Below, one piece after another: positions 29,313 to 37,901 of a stretch of DNA of 64,000 nucleotides. Source of the stretch: Candidatus Peribacteria bacterium (GTDB lineage: Bacteria > Patescibacteriota > Gracilibacteria > Peribacterales > Peribacteraceae); NCBI GenBank assembly GCA_028286915.1, contig JAQBQQ010000023.1, positions 8,005 to 72,004 of the forward strand, given 5' to 3'. A model generated the notes under the pieces. It did no database searches and was not told where the DNA came from. It saw nothing but the letters and a program-made list of their open reading frames with translations. The position numbers were made by a program, and so were the translations under genes. Within the stretch, counting starts at the first letter, position 1; each line of letters starts with the position of its first letter.

Positions 29313-29429
29313 GGTCGGCAGCCGGATATGGCTGCTATTAGCGGTGGAACCCGTTCCATGGTCCTGTGGAACCGATTATTTTATTTCGGTATAGTACCAC
29401 CCGCAGAGCAGCCGTACCTGGCTGCGACC
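29313..29429. repeat. inverted REP doublet (REPIN-like)
   Basis: ggtcggcagccggatatggctgc (29313) and inverted cagagcagccgtacctggctgcgacc (29404-29429). Confidence 0.75.
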
Positions 29430-29598
29430 TTATAATCTAAAAATCGCCAGTATTTCTTTTACAAGTCTGTAAGGAAATTGATAGAATAACGTCCATGACT
29501 ATTCTGTCATTCTGGAAAGAGCTCCTCGACGCGCTACGCAGTATTCTCCAGGGTCCCGTACCTGAATACGTTCCTGTTCGCAGCAAGAGACCGCGCTC

Positions 29599-30948
29599 AT
29601 GAGGAGACAACGGCATTGGAAAGGTTCTGAACTCAGTTCGGAGCAGGAGAGGATACCTATCGTTTTTGGTGAGCATATGGCACGCCTGAAGGATCGTGTT
29701 CGGCAGGTGCCCACAGATCCCGGAGTGTACCGCTGGCTCGATAGAACCGGACGGATTCTCTACATTGGCAAGGCGAAGAATCTCCGTAACCGCATGCGGA
29801 GTTACGTCACGGGTTCACATAAAGATGAGGGTGTCTTCAAGCGTTCCATGTGGGATGAAATGTGGGATTTTGAAGTGACGGTGACGAATACCGAACTGGA
29901 GGCGTTAATTTTAGAAATGCATCTTATCCGCAGCCAGAAGCCCCTGTACAACGTGGCACTTACGCGGGACCGCCACTATGTGTACGTTCGCGTGGGCCGT
30001 ACGGAATTGTACCCAAATGTGACCATTGTAGGGAAGAGAGGCATGGATGATGCGGCGTATTTCGGACCGTTTGTAGACCCGTACGGGCAAGAGCGCATGC
30101 TGGAGCTGCTCCGGAGTATTTTCCCGTTCCGGACATGTGGCATGGGAATCGGGATGAAGAATCCGGGACTATTTGATCTGGAAACAGGAGAGACAGGGGA
30201 TACAAGGGAAACAGGGGATCTGAAAAGCAGGGTGGCGTTGGATGTGGTGCTGACAAAACCGGATAGAAAAATTCCGTGTTTTGATTTTCATATCCGGCGG
30301 TGCAGTGCGCCGTGTGAGGGGCTTATTAGTCCGGCGGAGTACCAAGAGGAATGCATAGACGGCGTGATGGAATTTTATGGCGGACAATTCGGCAAAGTGG
30401 TGGATCGTCTGATTGACCGCATGAAGGCATCCAGGGGCGAGCGCAAATACCAGCGGGCGCTGGAAATTCTGCGTGCGCTGCAATTTATCCGCAGTATGCA
30501 GAAGCAGCATCTTATGATTGGCATGGCAGGAATGACGGCCGATGCCATAGGAGTCGTGTGCATGAAGAGGACAGTGCAGATTGCCGTGTTGCAAATACGC
30601 GGTGGCAATATTGTGAATGAGGTGGCGGTAAAAATCCGAGGCACAGAAGCCACTATGCATGATGTGTTGCAGACATTTTTGGCCGAATATTATTCGCAGG
30701 TTTCGGCGGTGCCGGATGTACTGTTAATGGAACACGATTTACCGCAGATGGATGTGATCAGACAGGTGTTAAACGCCGGGCGGGAGAAGCCTGTGAAAAT
30801 CGAAAAACCTAAAAAAAAGAGCGAGAAAGCGCGTTTACTTGAACTGGCAAAAGATAACGCGCTTAAAAAGCTGGAAGCGGAACGCATCAAAAGAAGCGTG
30901 GTGCAAAAACACGGCGCTCTTCGAGGCATACCAAGTATGTCAGACTGA
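29599..30948 (+). CDS. UvrC-like excinuclease, N-terminal part only (GIY-YIG, Cys-rich, UVR)
   Basis: PTDPGVYRW...YIGKAKNLRNRMRSY, ELEALILE, PLYNV, YFGPF, FRTC, CSAPC; ends after LAKDNA with no RNaseH-like or HhH domain; alternative start 29677. Confidence 0.85.
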   Translation: MRRQRHWKGSELSSEQERIPIVFGEHMARLKDRVRQVPTDPGVYRWLDRTGRILYIGKAKNLRNRMRSYVTGSHKDEGVFKRSMWDEMWDFEVTVTNTELEALILEMHLIRSQKPLYNVALTRDRHYVYVRVGRTELYPNVTIVGKRGMDDAAYFGPFVDPYGQERMLELLRSIFPFRTCGMGIGMKNPGLFDLETGETGDTRETGDLKSRVALDVVLTKPDRKIPCFDFHIRRCSAPCEGLISPAEYQEECIDGVMEFYGGQFGKVVDRLIDRMKASRGERKYQRALEILRALQFIRSMQKQHLMIGMAGMTADAIGVVCMKRTVQIAVLQIRGGNIVNEVAVKIRGTEATMHDVLQTFLAEYYSQVSAVPDVLLMEHDLPQMDVIRQVLNAGREKPVKIEKPKKKSEKARLLELAKDNALKKLEAERIKRSVVQKHGALRGIPSMSD

Positions 30949-30988
30949 CGGCCGTGCCTTTTAAGGTGCTCAGAATATGATCCGCGTT

Positions 30989-31618
30989 TCAGATGAGCGC
31001 CAACACATCTTCATCCTCCAGCTGTGGAAAATTCTCATACCATTCGCCAACCGAGTGAAAGGGCATGGGATTACGCAGAACAATGACGTCATCGGCTTTT
31101 TGGCGCAGGAAGGCCATGGTTTCCATGGGTGCCACGGGAAGGGCGACAATAATTTTCTCGGCGCCCGCTTTACTAATATCGCCGATTGCCGCCAGCATGC
31201 TGCCGCCGGTGGCCGCGCCGTCATCTACCAGAATGATGATCTTTCCTTCTATGTCGGGTTGGCTGCGACTGCCGAATATTTCTTTACGGCGGCGGAGCTC
31301 GGCCATTTCTTTTTCTATCACCGGTTCCAGGCTTTCCCATGTCAGGCCATACGTGCGCATTAAATTTTCATCCAGATACGTTTCGCCGCCTTCGGCAATG
31401 GCGCCGACACCATACTCCGGCTTATCCGGGTGCCCGATTTTACGGACAATGTATGGGTAGGCCGGGACATGCAGTTTATCGGCAATCACTTTTGCCACTG
31501 GCATGCCGCCGCGGATCAGACCGAATACCAGCACATTTGGCTGGCCGTTAAAACTTTCCAGCCGGTCCGAGAGAACGTAGCCGGCTTGCTCGCGATCTGT
31601 AAAAAGAGGCTCGATCAT
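30989..31618 (-). CDS. phosphoribosyltransferase family protein
   Basis: FTDREQAG, RGGMPVA, VRKIGHP, ILVDDGAATGGS, VGEWYENFPQL. Confidence 0.88.
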   Translation of the reverse strand: MIEPLFTDREQAGYVLSDRLESFNGQPNVLVFGLIRGGMPVAKVIADKLHVPAYPYIVRKIGHPDKPEYGVGAIAEGGETYLDENLMRTYGLTWESLEPVIEKEMAELRRRKEIFGSRSQPDIEGKIIILVDDGAATGGSMLAAIGDISKAGAEKIIVALPVAPMETMAFLRQKADDVIVLRNPMPFHSVGEWYENFPQLEDEDVLALI

Positions 31619-31989
31619 ACATATGCAGTGTACGTATCTGGACGTTTCTGGCCAGCGATCATGACAGATATTTTCATGGCTTGCCGTACATGGATCGCAG
31701 CATTTATACGAACCGTTTCGTTTTTTGTGCAGGGAGATGATCAGAAGATTTGTAACATACAGATCAGCTCCATCTCATCGCATAATCGCAAGTGTAATCA
31801 TAAATATGTATAGCCATTCGCTCTGCTGATTTCTTCATCGCCAATTGGCGATAGTCACTGGAAGATCAGCATATCAGACATACCGGTCAATGGCTTTGTG
31901 TAAGGCAAAAAGTGGCTTACCGTCAATGAAGGCTCGCTCAATACTAACGGCTTCGGAGCATGATTTTTATTCTTTTTCCCCTCTTGTCT

Positions 31990-33375
31990 ATGCCCATAAA
32001 GTTTCTTTTATCAACCGTGTCGGCCTTGGCCATTGCAACGGCGGTGACGACGGCACCGGTGCTCGCTCAGGTAAGTAGCAGTATGTCTTCCGCATCATCA
32101 GTTAGTGCCGCCGTATCCTCCGGGACAATAACAAGCAGTGCAACACAGCCATCATCGGCTGCCAGTATATATTCTGCCCCGGCTTCGGCTGCAGGCGGTG
32201 GTGCATCATCCATCTCCGGCGGAGTATCATCCGGCGCGGCTTCTATGAGCACGGGTACTACAGGTTCTTCCAGCAGCGCCATTAGCAGCGCCATGCCGGT
32301 CAGTTCGTCCTCGCGCTCCATAATGTCCAGTGCAGGCTTGCCATCCGGTTCAATTTCCAGTGGTGCCGCATCCATGTCGGCAGGTTCTCTTAGTTCACTG
32401 TCTTCCTCCTCGCTGTCGAATGCCGGTCTGGCATCGTCGCCTGGTAGCAGTTCGGCTATGAGTAGATCATCAGTAGCAACATCATCGGTCACATCCGGGA
32501 TCAGTTCCCAGGGTGCCACTTCTTCGCGCATGTCATCCGCTTCGTCATTATCAAGCTCTTCGTTATCCGTTGCTTCGTCGTCAAAAGCTGCGACAGGCTC
32601 TTCATCTGTGCTTAAAGTGACATGGACAGATTTGCATGGCGGTCAGCCACAGGCCATGAGCGGAACATATATTGATTTTGAGAAAACGGCCGAAAAGCCG
32701 CCGCTCGGCAATGGCAGCATGAAGCTTTTGGTGTTGTCGGGTTCCAATGCCGCGCAATTCCGTTTGTCGAGTTTTAGCGGGACAAAATTATCTGATATTA
32801 CAGATATGTCTTACTACACGCATGTAGCCAGTGCATCGGGCGGCCTGGTGCCGTACATTATTTTGAATGTGGATCAGAACGGCGACGGAACGATTGATGA
32901 TCTGCTCTTTTTTGAGCCGTTCTACCAGGACGGCAGCTATGGTCCGTCTCTGCCAAGCCAGGGTGATATTATGGCCAACAGCTGGCAAAAGTGGGATGCC
33001 GCGCATGGCGGTTGGTGGTCGGCTTACGGTGATGCCGGTGCCATGCCCGGAACAGGTATTATGACGCTCTCGCAGTACGCGGTTGCGTTTCCAAAGGCCG
33101 TTATCGCCAATTCCAGTCTTGGCGGAGGCATACGTATTGCCGTAGGATTTGGTGATACCATGTGGAATAACTCCCTGGCCCATGTGGATGCGCTTACGGT
33201 AGGGACGGCCAAGAGCGGCACGGTAACATACGACTTTGAGCCGCTTCTAACAGTCAAGTCAGCCGCCGACTGCAAAAATAACGGCTGGATGCAGCTGGAC
33301 AGTCCGGCATTCAGCAGCCAGACAGAATGTGTGAATTTCGTTCTGGGAAAGATGAAAAAAAGTCTTAATCAGTAA
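31990..33375 (+). CDS. secreted protein with long Ser/Ala/Gly-rich linker and beta-rich C-terminal domain
   Basis: Signal peptide, ~190-aa Ser-rich tract, C-terminal CKNNGW...FSSQTECV. Confidence 0.75.
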   Translation: MPIKFLLSTVSALAIATAVTTAPVLAQVSSSMSSASSVSAAVSSGTITSSATQPSSAASIYSAPASAAGGGASSISGGVSSGAASMSTGTTGSSSSAISSAMPVSSSSRSIMSSAGLPSGSISSGAASMSAGSLSSLSSSSLSNAGLASSPGSSSAMSRSSVATSSVTSGISSQGATSSRMSSASSLSSSSLSVASSSKAATGSSSVLKVTWTDLHGGQPQAMSGTYIDFEKTAEKPPLGNGSMKLLVLSGSNAAQFRLSSFSGTKLSDITDMSYYTHVASASGGLVPYIILNVDQNGDGTIDDLLFFEPFYQDGSYGPSLPSQGDIMANSWQKWDAAHGGWWSAYGDAGAMPGTGIMTLSQYAVAFPKAVIANSSLGGGIRIAVGFGDTMWNNSLAHVDALTVGTAKSGTVTYDFEPLLTVKSAADCKNNGWMQLDSPAFSSQTECVNFVLGKMKKSLNQ

Positions 33376-33399
33376 AGTAGAGTTCGTACGTTCATAGCG

Positions 33400-33432
33400 A
33401 AAAATCCGCGGGCGAATGTCCGCGGATTTTTT
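33400..33432. terminator. intrinsic terminator
   Basis: aaaaatccgcgg-gcgaatgt-ccgcggattttt. Confidence 0.8.
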
Positions 33433-33580
33433 ATACTCCAGATACAGCGCCATCGGTTGTAATTTTTCGAGTCAGATTTATATCTTGGCGCTTCGCTCAC
33501 TTTTTGGATACGTGGAATGTCCCTATCCAGCGCAGGCCTGTCATATTGCCTTTTATGCCTTCAGGCTTTACTCTCGGTTC

Positions 33581-34531
33581 ATGTTTGATGTACTTGTTAT
33601 TGGCGTAGGTGCGGCTGGCTATACGGCTGCTATTTATGCCGCACGCTACAAGCTGAAGACGCTTATCGTAGGTGCGGAGGAAGGTGGTATGGGAATTACG
33701 GCAGCGGACGTAGGCAACTGGCCGGGTGAAATAGAAATCCGCGGTCCGGACCTTATGGAAAAGTTTAAAAAGCACGCAACGTCTTTTGAAGAGGTAACGC
33801 ACAAAATCGGCCGGGTGGAAATGCTGGAAAAAATGGCAGACGGTCATTTTAAGGCCACCATGCAGAACGGTGACATATACGAGGCACGGACAATTATTCT
33901 GGCTACCGGTTCCAATAAGCGTCATTTGGGCATACCGGGCGAGAAAGAATTTTCCGGAAAAGGCGTTACGTACTGCGCCACATGCGATGCGTTCTTTTAT
34001 AAGAATAAAACGGTTGCCGTGCTGGGCGGGGGAGACAGCGCTGTGGAGGGTGCCGCCATTGCCGCGCAGGTAGCGGCTAAAGTGTACCTGGTCCACCGTC
34101 GCGATACGTTTCGCGCCGAGCCATACTGGGTGGAAAAGGTAAAGTCCAAAGAAAATGTCGTGTTTGTTCTGGAGCGGAACGTCCTGGAGGTTTTGGGTGA
34201 GCAGAAAGTAGCCGGAATCAAGCTGGATAAGGCATTTGAAGGTTCGGATATTCTGGCCGTTGACGGTGTGTTTATTGAAATCGGCTCGAATCCGTCGGTG
34301 GATCTGGCAGTACAACTTGGCTGCAGGATTGATGAGAAGGGTTTTATGGATGTGGATAAAAGCATGCGGTCGTCCACGCCGGGCGTCTTTGGCGCCGGGG
34401 ATGTAACCAACGGCAGCAATTACTTTGCCCAGTTTACGACGGCAGCGGGTGAAGGAGCTACGGCTGCAAATGGTGTATTTAACTACCTGCAGGGCGACCA
34501 GCATCATGGCTGGATGCAGGGGGCATGTTAA
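33581..34531 (+). CDS. trxB: thioredoxin-disulfide reductase
   Basis: IGVGAAGYTAAIY, GVTYCATCD, GGGDSA, VHRRD, GVFGAGDV. Confidence 0.93.
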   Translation: MFDVLVIGVGAAGYTAAIYAARYKLKTLIVGAEEGGMGITAADVGNWPGEIEIRGPDLMEKFKKHATSFEEVTHKIGRVEMLEKMADGHFKATMQNGDIYEARTIILATGSNKRHLGIPGEKEFSGKGVTYCATCDAFFYKNKTVAVLGGGDSAVEGAAIAAQVAAKVYLVHRRDTFRAEPYWVEKVKSKENVVFVLERNVLEVLGEQKVAGIKLDKAFEGSDILAVDGVFIEIGSNPSVDLAVQLGCRIDEKGFMDVDKSMRSSTPGVFGAGDVTNGSNYFAQFTTAAGEGATAANGVFNYLQGDQHHGWMQGAC

Positions 34532-34674
34532 GGATGTGAATATTGAGGTTTAAGTTTTGAATTGTGATATAATTTGACGAGTGCATCAGTTTAATACGCT
34601 TGACATTATTTTATAATTTTGTATTATACAAAAAGTGTTCTTTTTGTATACCGTCTCAAGTTAGGAGTCGATTC

Positions 34675-35010
34675 ATGGCTGATGCTCTTACCAAAGATTG
34701 CCTGTCGTTCGCTGTTCGTCCCTCGATGTGGCACATCATCGGCCCGGTCGTCCGCGCGGCCGTCGATGAGTACCAAAACCATCGGCCGGGGATGTTGGAA
34801 GATATCATTATCCTGACTGGTGCTGCTACGAGGAAGGACTTCTGCGACCTGAAGTGGCCAAGAGTGGTCTCGTGTGTGGTCTACGCCCATGGTGCCGCGG
34901 TGACGGATGGGATCAATCTCCTATTGGAGGACTTTCTCAAGGCCGAGTGGCCGCACGACATCCAGTTCTTCGAGCATGCGACCTGTTCGCGCCCGACGAG
35001 GAAACGGTGA
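34675..35010 (+). CDS. hypothetical protein (ORFan-like)
   Basis: AGGAG SD; TTGACA at 34600; terminator at 35035. Confidence 0.6.
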   Translation: MADALTKDCLSFAVRPSMWHIIGPVVRAAVDEYQNHRPGMLEDIIILTGAATRKDFCDLKWPRVVSCVVYAHGAAVTDGINLLLEDFLKAEWPHDIQFFEHATCSRPTRKR

Positions 35011-35034
35011 ATGAACACATTAAGGCGTAAGCCT

Positions 35035-35065
35035 CTGCCCGGTCATCGCGACCGGGCAGTTTTTT
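35035..35065 (+). terminator. intrinsic terminator
   Basis: ctgcccggtc-atcgc-gaccgggcag + tttttt. Confidence 0.8.
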
Positions 35066-35170
35066 GCATTGGAGTTTATGATTTGTTTGGATCCTCGTAC
35101 TTAGGATTTCGTATTTTACCCATAATTTTCCCTTGCATCACTTCACAGACCTCACTAAAGTACCGGAACT

Positions 35171-35374
35171 ATGCCACGCGGTGATAGAATCGTTTTTGCC
35201 GGCACATGCAAGGGTTCAACCAATAACCCGGATTGTAACAAGCGCACTGCAACCGTGCGTTTGCACCGTCAGAAGAACGGCAAAAGCTGGAAAGACTTCA
35301 AATTGGAGAAGTATTGCTCTACGTGCCGGGTAAGGACGGAAGTAAAGTTTAAAGAAGAACGACACAGCAAGTAA
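35171..35374 (+). CDS. rpmG: probable 50S ribosomal protein L33 (divergent, zinc-ribbon type)
   Basis: 67 aa, basic, C-terminal KLEKYCSTCRVRTEVKFKE resembles the L33 LELKKYCxxC motif. Confidence 0.6.
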   Translation: MPRGDRIVFAGTCKGSTNNPDCNKRTATVRLHRQKNGKSWKDFKLEKYCSTCRVRTEVKFKEERHSK

Positions 35375-35518
35375 TCATTCTGAAGATTAGAGTCTTTATG
35401 GAGCTTATATTTGGCGTAAGAAAATTCTAAATAATAAATCCTAAATTCTACTATATGGTTTTTTGTTTAGTGCTTAGAACTTAGTGCTTAGGATTTTATC
35501 CTCTTGTATAGTGCAGCT

Positions 35519-36037
35519 ATGACAGATAAGTACCGTCAGGCGGCTTCCATGATTGTGCTCCGGCCAAACCAGAGTGCCGGTTCAGCTGAGTCTGCGGAGC
35601 CATACGAGCTTCTGTTGCTGCATAAGCCGCGCCGGAATGATGCCTGGCAGTTGCCACAAGGCGGGTTGGAACAAGGTGAAAACGTAGAGCAGGCTGCCTT
35701 ACGGGAGCTGGAGGAAGAAGCAGGTCTTACCGGCTGCACGGTTATCGGCCAGAGTGCCAAAGTGTACTGCTACAATTTTCCATCGTCTTTCCGGCGTTTC
35801 CGGCCGGATGACATCTGCGGCCAGCAGATTGGTTATATTTTCGCATTGGCGCCGGACCATGCACGCATTCGCGTAGATGAAAAAGAAATTGACGGTCATG
35901 TGTGGATTACCCCGTCCCGTTTGCCGGAATTTGTGGAGCGGAGAGAGTATTTACAACTCATGAAGGAATTGGTGGAAGAAGCACTCGCGCTTTTGCCGGC
36001 GGGGCCGGGTCATGGATCACCGCAGGCAGCCGTCTGA
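35519..36037 (+). CDS. NUDIX hydrolase (RppH-like)
   Basis: AWQLPQGGLEQGENVEQAALRELEEEAG; GQQ. Confidence 0.85.
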   Translation: MTDKYRQAASMIVLRPNQSAGSAESAEPYELLLLHKPRRNDAWQLPQGGLEQGENVEQAALRELEEEAGLTGCTVIGQSAKVYCYNFPSSFRRFRPDDICGQQIGYIFALAPDHARIRVDEKEIDGHVWITPSRLPEFVERREYLQLMKELVEEALALLPAGPGHGSPQAAV

Positions 36038-36074
36038 TAGACAGAATATTCTTGTTGCATTTCCCTCTCTTGTC

Positions 36075-37178
36075 GTGCGTCTCCATACCCTTTCGCTTGA
36101 GCAGTTTCGTAACTATCCGTCCCTTACGCTGGATCTGTCTTCTTCGGACAGGCATCTTTTTATCGGTTCCAATGGCAGCGGCAAGACGAATATTCTGGAA
36201 GCCATTTCCGTCTTATCACTCACTAAATCCGCTTTGGGAATAGATGAAGAACACCTTATGCAGTGGGGGAGCGCGCATTATCGCGTGAAAGGACTTAGCC
36301 GGACGGATACCGGCGAGGATGTCATGCTGGAAACGGTATCGCAACTGCAGCCGCGCAAGCAGAAAGCCTGCTTTGTGAATGATGTCCGGGTACAGGCATC
36401 TGCTGTTATTGGCCGGTTACCCATCGTGCTGTTTTTACCGCAGGATTTGCAGCTTTTTTCCGGACCGCCGGCAGAACGGCGACGGTTTGTGGATCAGTTG
36501 CTATCGCAGGTGTCATCGGAATATTTCCAGGCGTTGTCGGATTACCTAAAGTTTGTAAAGCAGCGCAATGCTTTGCTTAAATCCATTGCGCAGGGGGCAT
36601 CGGTACCGGCGGATTTGGATACCTGGGATGAGCAGCTGGCAGAGCGGGGGAGTATTGTCACACTTGCGCGCCTGGAGCTTATGGAGACCTTTAGCCTGGC
36701 GCTGGTGGATGAGTTGCGGACACTTGGCGAGCACTGGACAGACGTCAAGATTGTCTACGAGCGGTCATCCGATTCCCATACGCGTGCCGATATTGCGGCG
36801 GACATCCGCTCGGCGCTGCGTTCCACCCGGGATCGTGATATTTTGCTGCAATCCACGTCCGTCGGTCCGCATCGTGACGACTGGTATATTACAGCCGAAG
36901 GCCACCCGCTCGCCACATTCGCATCCCGCGGCCAGCAGCGGGTATCGGTTCTGGCGCTGTTATTTTTGCAGGCATCGTTTGTGGAACTTAGAAGAGGCGA
37001 ACGGCCGCTTATTCTGCTGGATGATGTGTTCTCCGAACTCGATGACTCGCATCAGGAAGGAGTGCTGAACGCCTTTGTGGATCATCAGGTGTTCATAACC
37101 GGTACGCATTTGCCGAAGAATATGGAAAAAGCACAGGTATGGAACGTAACAGAGGGCGAAGTTTTTCTGGCACAGTAA
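36075..37178 (+). CDS. recF: DNA replication/repair protein RecF
   Basis: FRNY, GSNGSGKTNILEA, GPPAERRRFVD, GPHRDD, SRGQQR, LLDDVFSELD; GTG start. Confidence 0.95.
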   Translation: MRLHTLSLEQFRNYPSLTLDLSSSDRHLFIGSNGSGKTNILEAISVLSLTKSALGIDEEHLMQWGSAHYRVKGLSRTDTGEDVMLETVSQLQPRKQKACFVNDVRVQASAVIGRLPIVLFLPQDLQLFSGPPAERRRFVDQLLSQVSSEYFQALSDYLKFVKQRNALLKSIAQGASVPADLDTWDEQLAERGSIVTLARLELMETFSLALVDELRTLGEHWTDVKIVYERSSDSHTRADIAADIRSALRSTRDRDILLQSTSVGPHRDDWYITAEGHPLATFASRGQQRVSVLALLFLQASFVELRRGERPLILLDDVFSELDDSHQEGVLNAFVDHQVFITGTHLPKNMEKAQVWNVTEGEVFLAQ

Positions 37179-37312
37179 TTTCTATGGGCGGCGTAAGATT
37201 TATCTTCGGAAGCGTTCATAGGCAGGCACTAAAATAATGTATAGCGTCAGGCTGAGAACCAAACTTTACATTCCACTATATTTTTTGGAATGTGGAATGT
37301 AGTGCCTGGAAT

Positions 37313-37789
37313 TTATATGTCTCTATGCACGGCTCCGTACACTGCCAGTGCCAGTGCATCCGCCGCATCATCCGGTTGAGGAATTTCTTTTAATTGCAAA
37401 AGCCGGACCAGCATTTCCTGCACCTGGCGCTTGTCGGCTTTGCCGTCGCCGGTAATGGCTTGTTTGAGTTGTAACGGTGTTGCCTCCAGGAGCGGAATTT
37501 TCTGCAGTTCTATCGCCAGTAAAATGATGCCGCGGGCCTGCGAAACATCCATGGCAGTCTTCACATTGGTCTCAAAATAGAGCCGCTCCACCACGGCCAG
37601 GTCCGGTTTCACTTCCTGCAGAAGCGCGGTTAGATCGGTAAAAATTTCGGCCAATCGTTCGGAAGCGGGCAAACCGGCTTTTGTCCGAATGGTCAGCCAT
37701 TCTTCGGCCTGCAGATGGTGGGGCGAATCAGATACCAGAATGCCCACGCCTACCGTAGCCAAACCCGGATCTATTCCTATAATACGCAT
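37313..37789 (-). CDS. ruvC: Holliday junction resolvase RuvC
   Basis: IIGIDPGLATVG, VERLYF, QARG, GDGKADKRQV, PDDAADALA. Confidence 0.96.
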   Translation of the reverse strand: MRIIGIDPGLATVGVGILVSDSPHHLQAEEWLTIRTKAGLPASERLAEIFTDLTALLQEVKPDLAVVERLYFETNVKTAMDVSQARGIILLAIELQKIPLLEATPLQLKQAITGDGKADKRQVQEMLVRLLQLKEIPQPDDAADALALAVYGAVHRDI

Positions 37790-37901
37790 GGCATCAGCTT
37801 TGCGGTATCGGCTATTCCATGCAATGGCTGTGGCGTATCCAATTGTTGAAAATAATGCGTTTTTATGCTATTATAAGACGAAATATACATTTTCCCGCCG
37901 T

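Noticed and set aside
33497..34507. 336-aa minus-strand ORF
   Set aside because: Antisense shadow of the clearly identified trxB; no motifs.
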